A DNA stretch of 46,041 nt from Candidatus Iainarchaeum sp. (GTDB lineage: Archaea; Iainarchaeota; Iainarchaeia; Iainarchaeales; GW2011-AR10), in assembly GCA_016198165.1 (NCBI GenBank), contig JACQJF010000039.1:1-46041 (forward strand). The letters run 5' to 3'. The translations under genes were made by a program, and so were the position numbers. The notes beneath the pieces are model-generated. The model worked only from the letters and a program-made list of their open reading frames with translations. It ran no database searches and had not been told where the DNA came from. Positions 36,066 to 44,549 of this stretch are shown piece after piece (position 1 is the first letter of the stretch; the number at the start of each line of letters is the position of its first letter).

Positions 36066-37174
36066 TCAAAACCACTCCTTTTTTTTTCCTCCACTAATTT
36101 TTGTTTTTTCTCTAATTTAAGCTTTTTCTTGGCATTCCCCCCGATTATGAAAAGGACTCCAAAGGCAATCAGCACGATAAGCAATGGGCTTGTTTCGGGA
36201 ATAGTGGTCCCGGTAGTGCCCAAGAGAATTGTTATATATGCTATGTCGTGGTTGTTTTCCGGTACCGGGTCACTTGGGTAATTTGCAACGGCTTCCAAAA
36301 TATAGGAATCCGACTGGACGTTTTCCGGGATTGAAAGCTCCACATTGAGAATGTTTTGCCCTGGGTCAAGCACGGCGTTTTCTATCGTTCCTTTGATTTC
36401 TGGTTCTGTGTCCTTTACATAGTACTCAATTCTTGCCATGCCTGGAACAGTTATTTGCTCGCCGGTAAAATTGGTGACAGCCAATTCGAGGTAAATTGTT
36501 CCGGGCGTGTAAAAAGTGGTTGTTTCCCTCCTGTCCGGTTCTCCCGGCGGGCCGTTAAATGCTTTAAGGGAAAGTTTCAGCATGTCCTCCTCTATTTCGG
36601 TTTCGTCAGTGCAGTACACTTTCAGAAAACCAGGTTCAGTTGGTGTCCGGCCGCACGCGTAGACATGCGCATTGTTTTCAGAAGAGAGGCCAAAGACACA
36701 CTCGCTTGCAGAAAAATTGCCAGGAGGCGTGTCAGAGGATTGGTGTGCTTCGCAGCGGATTTCGCCTGTGGAGTTCATGCACAATGGATAGTCATAGTTT
36801 TCGCCCCACTTAAAAGTGTTGTCATTGTCTATTGGAAACTCTGCGTGCGCGTTTGACTCGTCGGACAAGGCAGTGTATGTCGATTCAGGCTGGCCAATGC
36901 AGGCATAGTCAAGCACCTTGTCCCCGTCTAAATCGTCGAGCGTGGTTTTGGTTGCCCTGCAGCACACGCCTATGTCATAAATCGGGTCGGGGCCGCTGTA
37001 GTCCGGCATTTGGGCATGGGTGTTTAAGGTGTCATACATGCGGAGCACTAAAAGCGAGCCAGGCAAGGCATCGTCACAGCTCTGGCCAGGGTCCGTAGTC
37101 CTGCATTCAAGGAGCGCGCTTGCATTAATGGATAGGTAAATTGCCAGGAGCAGGAAGAATGCCTGTTTTTTCAT
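36062..37174 (-). CDS. Secreted Cys-rich protein with three N-x-H repeats, an Ig-like domain and an IPET-TM-basic sorting tail
   Basis: Signal peptide MKKQAFF, repeats DTLNTHA / DESNAHA / SENNAHV, and a C-terminal TTIPETSPLLIVLIAFGVLFII followed by a Lys-rich tail. Confidence 0.8.
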   Translation of the reverse strand: MKKQAFFLLLAIYLSINASALLECRTTDPGQSCDDALPGSLLVLRMYDTLNTHAQMPDYSGPDPIYDIGVCCRATKTTLDDLDGDKVLDYACIGQPESTYTALSDESNAHAEFPIDNDNTFKWGENYDYPLCMNSTGEIRCEAHQSSDTPPGNFSASECVFGLSSENNAHVYACGRTPTEPGFLKVYCTDETEIEEDMLKLSLKAFNGPPGEPDRRETTTFYTPGTIYLELAVTNFTGEQITVPGMARIEYYVKDTEPEIKGTIENAVLDPGQNILNVELSIPENVQSDSYILEAVANYPSDPVPENNHDIAYITILLGTTGTTIPETSPLLIVLIAFGVLFIIGGNAKKKLKLEKKQKLVEEKKRSGFE

Positions 37175-37294
37175 CGTTATTATTAGTGTTTTTTGTTTTA
37201 AAAAACCCACTGGAGGCCTTATTTTTTAAAGGCTTTGAGGCAAAAAATTTTTCTTGAGCCAAAAGTCAACAACATGCCTTTTGCACGAGTTTTT

Positions 37295-37383
37295 GGGCCC
37301 GTAGCTTAGCCTGGTGGAGCATCCGACTGATAATGTTTAGAGCGGTGATCGGAAGGTCCTCTGTTCAAATCAGAGCGGGCCCA
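37295..37383 (+). tRNA. tRNA-Ile(GAU) with a 15-nt intron at 37/38 (37333-37347)
   Basis: Acceptor stem GGGCCCG/CGGGCCC-A, D-arm TAGCTTAGCCTGGT, anticodon stem TCCGA/TCGGA with CT-GAT-A, T-arm CTCTG-TTCAAAT-CAGAG. Confidence 0.92.
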
Positions 37384-37431
37384 CTTTCTTTTTACACCAA
37401 GTTTTACACTTGGGTTTTTGGGATCCCTTGC

Positions 37432-37524
37432 TATAGCAGGCGACATTAATTTTTGAACACTTATTGTCGCCTGATAGATAGCAAATGACCTTATTTTGTT
37501 CAAACGTTTTTGTCATTTGCTATA
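37432..37524. repeat. Twin-hairpin dispersed element, copy 3 (diverged stems)
   Basis: TATAGC..GCTATA ends, stems CAGGCGACA/TGTCGCCTG and ATAGCAAATGAC/GTCATTTGCTAT, with TTTGAAC and GTTCAAA at the same offsets as in copies 1 and 2. Confidence 0.8.
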
Positions 37525-37563
37525 TTTTGTTTTTTTTGAAGCCTTTGAATAAGTCTTTTTGGT

Positions 37564-38349
37564 TCAGTATTCTTTTTTCACTAAAAACCGGTCCCGGATT
37601 TTCAGGCTTATAAAGTCAATTGCAAGGACAGCCAAAAAAACCACTAAGAGGAGCGAAAAAACCTTGTCGTATTCGAGAAATCTCAGGTAAGCGCTGATGT
37701 AAAAGCCGATTCCACCGGCGCCCACAAAACCGATTATTGTTGATGCCCGTACGTTGTATTCGAACATGAATAAAAGCTGGCTTAAAAGGCTGTTTGCGGC
37801 TTCCGGAATGACTACAAAGCGGACAAGCTGGAGCTTTTTTGCTCCCACGGCATGGATTGCTTCAAGCACGTCGGGATTTATCCCCTCGATTGCCTCGTAC
37901 TGGAGCTTTGCAAGGTACCCGACAGTGTAAAACGCTATTGCAAGAACCCCTGCAAAATTCCCGAAACCCACGACTATGACGAAAATTATCGCCCACAAGA
38001 GGGACGGGATTGTCCTTACCGCGGCAAGAAAAAAACGGGTGACGGTAAACACCTGTTTGGGGGAAAGGTTTCGTGCGCTTAACACTGCCAGGGGAAAAGA
38101 GACAATCGCCCCAAAAACCGTTCCGACAAAGGCTATCTGGATTGTCTCAACCAATGAAATTAACCCCACTTCCATGACACTTGTATCCGGCGGGATGGAA
38201 TCAGAAACGAGGATAACCAGGTTTGGAAAGCCTTCAATCAACCTGAAAACATTGATTCCAAGAGAGTTAACCGAGTATGCAAAAAAAACAATTGCAAATA
38301 AAAAAAACAAAAAATGAATATTTTTTTCTTTTAACAAGGGAGGGTTCAT
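37564..38349 (-). CDS. phnE: Phosphonate/phosphite-type ABC transporter permease
   Basis: ETIQIA, RTIPSLLWA and FEYNVRASTIIGFVGAGGIG motifs. Confidence 0.9.
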   Translation of the reverse strand: MNPPLLKEKNIHFLFFLFAIVFFAYSVNSLGINVFRLIEGFPNLVILVSDSIPPDTSVMEVGLISLVETIQIAFVGTVFGAIVSFPLAVLSARNLSPKQVFTVTRFFLAAVRTIPSLLWAIIFVIVVGFGNFAGVLAIAFYTVGYLAKLQYEAIEGINPDVLEAIHAVGAKKLQLVRFVVIPEAANSLLSQLLFMFEYNVRASTIIGFVGAGGIGFYISAYLRFLEYDKVFSLLLVVFLAVLAIDFISLKIRDRFLVKKEY

Positions 38350-38378
38350 TTGAATCTTTTTGAAAAAAGTGTGTACTC

Positions 38379-39047
38379 TTAATTTTTTCTTTCCAATAAA
38401 GTGACTTTGTCAGAAAACTTTTTAACGTATTCCTTGTGGTGGTCGACAATAATCAGCGTCAACCCGTATTGTTTTTTCATTTTTTCAAGGAGTTTCATTA
38501 TATGTTTTACGTTTTCATAGTCGAGGTCTGAAACGAATTCGTCGGCAAGAAGTATTTTCGGGTTCTGCATTAAAGCCCTTGCAATTGCCACCCTTCTTTT
38601 TTCACCGCCGCTTAAAAGCCCTGTTTTCTTGTTTAAAACGTGTTCAATTCCAAGGGATTTTGCAATTTCCGCTGCGTTTGTTTTTTCTTTTTCCGGAAAG
38701 CCTGTCAGTGTGTCGGTGAACTTTATCCTGTTAAGGCAGCCAAGCAGGATGTTTTGGATTGCCGGGCTGTTTTCCACGAGGCCCAGGTTTTGTGGAATGT
38801 AGGCAATTGTTTTCCTCGCTCTCTCAACGTCTTTTTTGTTTTCAAGGTTTTTTTCAAAAACGGTTACTTTTCCTTTTTTTGCTTTAATTATCCCGCCCAT
38901 TATTTTCAGCAAAGTGGTTTTTCCCGCACCGCTTTGGCCGACTATTATATGCGTGCTTCCTTTTGCAATGTCAAGGCTGAAATCGTCAAGGATGTTTTTT
39001 TCGCTGCCATAGCAAAATGATATTTTGTCCACCGAGACCGCGTTCAT
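38379..39047 (-). CDS. phnC: ABC transporter ATP-binding subunit (PhnC-like)
   Basis: Walker A GQSGAGKT, LSGGE signature, Walker B LLADE. Confidence 0.88.
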   Translation of the reverse strand: MNAVSVDKISFCYGSEKNILDDFSLDIAKGSTHIIVGQSGAGKTTLLKIMGGIIKAKKGKVTVFEKNLENKKDVERARKTIAYIPQNLGLVENSPAIQNILLGCLNRIKFTDTLTGFPEKEKTNAAEIAKSLGIEHVLNKKTGLLSGGEKRRVAIARALMQNPKILLADEFVSDLDYENVKHIMKLLEKMKKQYGLTLIIVDHHKEYVKKFSDKVTLLERKN

Positions 39048-39105
39048 TTTTTTTTTCACCCGGTTATTTTATAGTTTGCCATCATTCCTGCAGTAATGTG
39101 GTCTG

Positions 39106-40083
39106 TCACGTGGCAGTGTAAATTATTGTCCCCCTGGATTCCGGCTCCTTGTCTTTGTCAAGAATTGCATCCTGTGCGCCTGTCAAGGCGTCAATTTTTT
39201 TACCCAAGTCCCCAAGGTGCTCTTGTGTAGTGGTTTTCACCAATCCGTCGACGCCGTAAATGTCTTTTAGCAATTGCACGTTTTCCGGGTTGTTTAGTTC
39301 AAGCATTGCGTTTACAAACTTTTCCCTCATCTCCTGGCTGACGTGCTTTCCCACAAGGACTGGGTGTGATGGGACTCTTCCAAGGTCTTCAAGCACCCTT
39401 ATTTTGCCTTGCTGTTCTTCTGAAAGGAATTGTTGCGGGGAATCGTCTGCTCCTCCGGCCACGTCGACTTTTCCGTCAGCTAATAATTCAAGTGATTGTT
39501 TGTAGCCGCCTGAAACACTGTAGGCTTCAAACGCTTGTGCGATTCCTTTTTCAAGGCCCGCAAAATCATCCCCCAAAGGCGTGATTATTCCGCGTTTCAC
39601 CATTTCGCCGACCGGCATTACAAAACCGCTTGAACCGGTCCAACTGGTAAAAGCGATTTTTTTGCCGGAAACTTCTTCCAAAGAATCAATGTCAGAATCG
39701 CTTCTGACAAAAACAACTGCATTGTAATAAGTCCTGCCATCCGCTCTCTTTTCGGCAAGAACTACTTCTGCACCGGCTTTTTTGTAGGCAATCCAACCTG
39801 GTCCGCCGTCAGCGTATATGGCGTCAAGCTGTTCAAACCTCAGGCCTTCAATCAGGGGCTCATAAGAAGTAGGCACAACCGCCTTGACCGGCACGCCCAT
39901 TTTTTGGCTTAAAAACTCTGCAATCTTTTCGGCCTTTGGGGAAACCTCGCTTGCTTTTTCAGACGGGATGAAACCAATCCTGAATTCTTTTGCTTCACTT
40001 GTTTGTCCGGACAGATTTTGAATGCAGCCAAAAACAAGGAATGCCGCAATTAAAAAGAAAAAAATAGTTGGAAATGCCTTCAT
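39106..40083 (-). CDS. phnD: PhnD/PtxB-family substrate-binding lipoprotein
   Basis: Lipobox VFGC, IGFIPSE, SYEPLIEGL and TGSSGFVMP motifs. Confidence 0.85.
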   Translation of the reverse strand: MKAFPTIFFFLIAAFLVFGCIQNLSGQTSEAKEFRIGFIPSEKASEVSPKAEKIAEFLSQKMGVPVKAVVPTSYEPLIEGLRFEQLDAIYADGGPGWIAYKKAGAEVVLAEKRADGRTYYNAVVFVRSDSDIDSLEEVSGKKIAFTSWTGSSGFVMPVGEMVKRGIITPLGDDFAGLEKGIAQAFEAYSVSGGYKQSLELLADGKVDVAGGADDSPQQFLSEEQQGKIRVLEDLGRVPSHPVLVGKHVSQEMREKFVNAMLELNNPENVQLLKDIYGVDGLVKTTTQEHLGDLGKKIDALTGAQDAILDKDKEPESRGTIIYTAT

Positions 40084-40107
40084 TAAAAAAACCCCCCCAA
40101 AATGTTT

Positions 40108-40141
40108 TTAGCTTGCACTAACAATTATTAGGCGCACCTAA
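40108..40141. promoter_or_regulatory. Tandem DtxR/MntR-like boxes TTAGCTTGCACTAA (40108-40121) and TTAGGCGCACCTAA (40128-40141)
   Basis: Two 14-bp TTAG(G)-N-(C)CTAA palindromes between the phnD TATA-like element (about 40160-40169) and its ATG, next to a DtxR gene. Confidence 0.65.
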
Positions 40142-40238
40142 GTTGCTGTGTTGCGTATGGTTTAAAAACCCGTGCGTGAAGCCGAGTTCACGCGTGTAAT
40201 TGTTTATATATTTGCTTTTATGCCTTATATTAGTGCCT

Positions 40239-40670
40239 ATGCCTGGGGAAAAGTGCAGTGTTCTTTTGGAGAAAAGCTCTGAGAACGAGGAAATGTACCT
40301 CAAGGCCGTGTGGCTTGTCGAGGAAGAGGGGAAAAACCCGGTTCATGCAGTGGAGGTTGCGCGCATGCTTTCGGTTTCCCTGCCGTCTGTTGTGGGCATG
40401 TTTCGGAAACTGGAGAAAAAGAACCTCCTCAGGTATGATGGCAGGAGCGGCGTTTCCCTCATGCCTGTAGGCCGTGAAATGGCCGAGAAAATCGTGCGGA
40501 ACCTGCGCCTCACGGAGGTGTGGTTTCGCGACGTGCTGAAAATCGACTATAACTCGACTGACCCCTGCCGCTTTGAGCATGTCATGACTGACGCTGTTGC
40601 AAAGTCCCTTTCGCGCGTCTTGGGCTATCCCAAAACCTGCCCTCATGGGAAAAAAATTCCAAAAGCATGA
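40239..40670 (+). CDS. DtxR/MntR-family metal-dependent transcriptional repressor
   Basis: EMYLKAV, VARMLSVSLPSV, R..RL.E, C.FEH and CPHG motifs. Confidence 0.9.
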   Translation: MPGEKCSVLLEKSSENEEMYLKAVWLVEEEGKNPVHAVEVARMLSVSLPSVVGMFRKLEKKNLLRYDGRSGVSLMPVGREMAEKIVRNLRLTEVWFRDVLKIDYNSTDPCRFEHVMTDAVAKSLSRVLGYPKTCPHGKKIPKA

Positions 40671-40712
40671 TTGTTTTGGGGATAATCACTTGCTGACTTT
40701 AATGGAAGAGCT

Positions 40713-41984
40713 GTGCAAATGAGTCCAAAAAAATTTTTGTTAATAATCTTGTTCATTGGTGTTGCATTTAGGCTCGTTTTGAGCCAGATAACCCCGATCT
40801 GGGTTGGCCCGGACGAGCCTGCGCATTTTACCTTTATTAAGCATCTTTCAGAGACCTGGCAATTGACTGAATTGAAACCCACTGCTGAAGTATTGAATAC
40901 TACCTGGTATTCTACAATACAGCAACCTCCATTTTTCTATGCCCTGCTTGTTCCATTCTATCGGGGCATTTCAAGTCTTTCAGTTGATTCACTTGTCCAC
41001 ATTTTGAGGCTTTTAAGTGTCTTGATTGGGGCTGTCCACGTTTTTTTGGTTTACAAACTTGCAAAAGAGATTACCACAAGGGAGGATTTTGCCCTTTTAA
41101 GTGCGGCTTTTGTTTCTTTTTTGCCAACCCACATAGTCGTCAGTTCGGTAATCAATAATGGGCCGCTGGTGTGGGTGTTTGTCACTGCCAGCGCTTTGTT
41201 TATGGTTTATTCGATAAAAAACAACTATAACTTCATGCAGGCTTGCCTTGGCGCCCTGTTTTTTGGATTAAGTGTTTTCACAAAATACACTGCATTGAGT
41301 CTCCTAATTTCTTTTTTGATTTTCTGGATTTGTTTTTTTAAAAAATCCCAAAGCTCAATTGGAAAAAAATTTTTTCTTTTGGTTTTCCCGTTTTTTATTT
41401 TTGGCCCGATTTTTTTGAGGAATTTTTTTGTTTACGGAGCGTTCATTCCGACACAGGAGGTTTCAATTACAAAACTTGATATTAGCTGGCTTGTCTATTA
41501 TATCATTCATCTTTTTCCAGGTTACTGGGTCCAGGAATATGGCACTGCATACATTCCTGACATAAGGTATTTTTTCTTTGCCGTGTTTGGAGTTTTTTCA
41601 CTCGTTTCCCTTGTCGGTTTGATCTTTTTTTTGCTTAAAAGAAAAACCAAGTTGTTAGAGTTGGTTCGTTCAAGCAAGTTTTTTGACAACAAAAAGGCGG
41701 TTTATTATTCCATAATTTTAAGTGGGCTTTTCTTGAATTTTGCCGGCCTTACCTGGCTTAACACCAAGTGGCTTTTTCCTGATGCAAGGCTGATGTTTGA
41801 AACACTGTCTTTTTTTGCATTGCTGTTTGTACTTGGCACTTTCCATTTTTGGAGCGGGCTTGGAAAACAAAAACTGTTCAAGCCGTCTCTGTATATCCTC
41901 CTGGCTTGCCTGCTTTTTTTTGACTTGATTCTTTTGGTGAACCACAATAGCGTGCTGCCAAAAGTTCCTTGGCCGCTTCTTTAA
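40713..41984 (+). CDS. GT-C fold membrane glycosyltransferase (ArnT/PMT-like)
   Basis: GPDEPAH, QQPPFFY and TKY motifs in a protein with many TM helices. Confidence 0.8.
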   Translation: MQMSPKKFLLIILFIGVAFRLVLSQITPIWVGPDEPAHFTFIKHLSETWQLTELKPTAEVLNTTWYSTIQQPPFFYALLVPFYRGISSLSVDSLVHILRLLSVLIGAVHVFLVYKLAKEITTREDFALLSAAFVSFLPTHIVVSSVINNGPLVWVFVTASALFMVYSIKNNYNFMQACLGALFFGLSVFTKYTALSLLISFLIFWICFFKKSQSSIGKKFFLLVFPFFIFGPIFLRNFFVYGAFIPTQEVSITKLDISWLVYYIIHLFPGYWVQEYGTAYIPDIRYFFFAVFGVFSLVSLVGLIFFLLKRKTKLLELVRSSKFFDNKKAVYYSIILSGLFLNFAGLTWLNTKWLFPDARLMFETLSFFALLFVLGTFHFWSGLGKQKLFKPSLYILLACLLFFDLILLVNHNSVLPKVPWPLL

Positions 41985-42099
41985 GAGGGGCGTTTAAACG
42001 CTGAAATTTTTGCCATTTTTTTCCTTGCATCTGCAGGTGCAGGCCCTGGTGAAAACCCAGGTATAGCCAAAGGAGCGTGAGTCCTATTCTTGTTGTGAT

Positions 42100-43842
42100 T
42101 TAGTCTGTGGCCATTTTTTCGCTGTCCCAGAGGTCTTTTGGGTTGTCAATTCTCTTGATTAAACAGTTTTCCATTGCAAGGTAATCAATGCCAGTGCCCA
42201 TCATGCACTTGTAGGCATCGTGTGGCGTGCACACGATTGGCTCTCCGCGGATGTTGAAAGAAGTGTTTATCATTATCGGGACTCCGGACAATTTTTGGAA
42301 TTCTTGTACTGTCTGGTAGTATAGTGCATGCTGTTCTTTTCTGATTACCTGCAGTCTTCCGGTTCCGTCAACATGTGTGACCGCAGGAATGATTTTTCTT
42401 TTTTCTTTTCTGACCGGGTAAACCATGAGCATGTAGTCTGCAGCTTGCGGCAACGGATCGTCGCATTCAAACCATTTGTTTACTTCTTCAAACAGGACCA
42501 CTGGTGCGAACGGCCTGAATTTTTCGCGGTGCTTGACTTTTAGGTTCAAAATGCCCTGCATTTTTGGGTTTGTAGGGTTTGAAAGGATGCTTCGCGCTCC
42601 AAGCGCACGCGGCCCCCACTCCATTCTGCCCTGGAACCACCCCACGACAAAATTGTTGTTTACAAGTTCTGCCGTTTTTTTCGCTATTTCTGCACGCGAA
42701 CCAAACTTATAATATTTTATGCTGTTTTTGTCCAGATAGTCCTGGACTTCTTTGTCCGAAAAAGAAGGGCCTAAAAAAGCCGAATTCAGCACAAACTGCC
42801 GGGGATTTTTCATAATGGAATTGTAAACAAATAGTGCAGCCCCCATTGAAGTTCCTGCATCTCCTGCGGCAGGCTGGATGAAAATTCTTTTGAAGGGGGT
42901 TTTTGAGAGGATTTTTCCGTTTGCAGCGCTGTTTAGAGCTACCCCGCCTGCCATGCAGAGGTTTTCGAGTTTTGTTTCACTGTAAAGGTTTTCAAGGAGG
43001 TGGAAAAGGACTTCCTCTGTTTTTGCCTGAAGGGACGCTGCGACATCCTTGTGAAACTGGGTTATCTGGCTTTCCTTTTCGCGCGTTTTTTCGCCAAAAA
43101 GCCCTTCTAGTTTTTTTGAAGGCATTTTTTTTTCGTGCGTGTAAGCAAAGTAATCCATGCCAAGTTCAAAGCTCCCATCGTCAAATGTCCTTATAAGTTT
43201 GTCAAATTCTTCTTTGTAAACAGGTTTTCCCCACGGCGCAAGCCCCATGACTTTGTACTCTGAATTGTTGACGGTAAAGCCAAGATAAGCGGTAATCGTG
43301 CTGTAAAGCAGTCCGAGTGAGTGGGGGAAATGGATTTCCTTGAATAGTTCTATTTCTGTGTCATTGCCTGTTGAAAAAGTCGTGGTCGCGAATTCCCCCA
43401 CGCCGTCAACCGTGAGTATGGCGGCTTTTTTGTAGGGCGAGCACAGAAAAGCAGATGCAGCGTGGCTTAAGTGGTGCTCCAAATAGTAAACTTTTCCATT
43501 GTACCCCAAGTCCTTGATGTTTTTTGGCACTAATAGTTTTTCTGAAAGCCAGCTTGGGATTGATTCTACAAACACGCTCATTGAACGCGGAAAAGTGTCA
43601 ATGAACTGCATTAAAAGCCGTTCAAACTTCAGGTAAGGTTTTTCGTAAAAGGCAACAGCGTCAAGTTGTTTTGCACTGATTCCTGCTTCGTTTAGGCAAT
43701 AGTTAACTGCATTGACTGGAAAGCAAAGGTCGTGTTTTTTTCTTGAAAACCTTTCCTCTTGCGCTGCAGCGATTACTTTTCCGTCCCTGACGATGCAAGT
43801 AGAAGAGTCATGGTAATAAGCTGAAATTCCAAGAATGTGCAA
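42100..43842 (-). CDS. Carbamoyltransferase (NodU/CmcH/SxtI family)
   Basis: HDSS, EERFSRKKH, HHLSHAASAF, EYKVMGLA, GPRALG and NTSFN motifs. Confidence 0.95.
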   Translation of the reverse strand: MHILGISAYYHDSSTCIVRDGKVIAAAQEERFSRKKHDLCFPVNAVNYCLNEAGISAKQLDAVAFYEKPYLKFERLLMQFIDTFPRSMSVFVESIPSWLSEKLLVPKNIKDLGYNGKVYYLEHHLSHAASAFLCSPYKKAAILTVDGVGEFATTTFSTGNDTEIELFKEIHFPHSLGLLYSTITAYLGFTVNNSEYKVMGLAPWGKPVYKEEFDKLIRTFDDGSFELGMDYFAYTHEKKMPSKKLEGLFGEKTREKESQITQFHKDVAASLQAKTEEVLFHLLENLYSETKLENLCMAGGVALNSAANGKILSKTPFKRIFIQPAAGDAGTSMGAALFVYNSIMKNPRQFVLNSAFLGPSFSDKEVQDYLDKNSIKYYKFGSRAEIAKKTAELVNNNFVVGWFQGRMEWGPRALGARSILSNPTNPKMQGILNLKVKHREKFRPFAPVVLFEEVNKWFECDDPLPQAADYMLMVYPVRKEKRKIIPAVTHVDGTGRLQVIRKEQHALYYQTVQEFQKLSGVPIMINTSFNIRGEPIVCTPHDAYKCMMGTGIDYLAMENCLIKRIDNPKDLWDSEKMATD

Positions 43843-43860
43843 TCAAACACCTTTCTTTTG

Positions 43861-44250
43861 TCAAAACATTTCCTCAAAGTTCCGTTTTTTTTGGGAAACG
43901 TCAACCCATGAACTTTTACCGCTGGGCCTTATTCTCAGAAAACTTTTGCCGGTTATTCTTGAAAAAAACCACGTTATTCCGACTCCAAGCGTGTAAACAA
44001 CAACCAATGCTATGCTTACAATCATAAAGTTTGCTTTTTTCCCGAAATCATGAAGGCCATCGTGAAAATCTGAGAAAAACTGTTTTTTTTGAAATATTTT
44101 TGGGAATATTAACCCTCCAAGCAGATTAACCAAAAAAAGTGCCGCAATTACAGGGAGTGCTTTCTCAACCGTTTTGGCCCAGACTGCTCCAAGCATTGTG
44201 AAAAGCAATAAACTGCCGCAAAAAAACCCAACTGCTTTTGGAATAGTCAA
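43861..44250 (-). CDS. SxtJ-like membrane protein
   Basis: Three TM segments and a C-terminal SSW..NFEEMF. Adjacent to the carbamoyltransferase. Confidence 0.6.
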   Translation of the reverse strand: MTIPKAVGFFCGSLLLFTMLGAVWAKTVEKALPVIAALFLVNLLGGLIFPKIFQKKQFFSDFHDGLHDFGKKANFMIVSIALVVVYTLGVGITWFFSRITGKSFLRIRPSGKSSWVDVSQKKRNFEEMF

Positions 44251-44376
44251 AACAATGCCCCTTTTTTTCTAAACTAAATGGGTTTTTACGTGCTTTTAAA
44301 GATATTTAAGGTATTGGCTTTATTCAGGCTTTTTAATATTTTTGTGGGAATATGGGAGTTGAGGGGGGTTTTGTCC

Positions 44377-44535
44377 ATGAACTTCTTGACAGTTGCAAAG
44401 GATTTGCTCCGTTTTTTGTGGAAAAAGAAAGCCTGGTGGCTTGCGCCAATCATTATAATGCTTGCAATAGTTGTTTTCCTGATATTCTTCACACAGTCAA
44501 CAACACTCTCCCCCTTTGTGTATGCATTATTTTAG
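44377..44535 (+). CDS. SxtK/DUF5989-family small membrane protein
   Basis: LW.KKAWWLAPII...PFVYALF signature. Confidence 0.85.
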   Translation: MNFLTVAKDLLRFLWKKKAWWLAPIIIMLAIVVFLIFFTQSTTLSPFVYALF

Positions 44536-44549
44536 AGTAATGATTGCCA

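Noticed and set aside
42100..44535. Saxitoxin biosynthesis
   Set aside because: Only generic sxtI/J/K-like genes are present, with no sxtA/G/B or other core genes.
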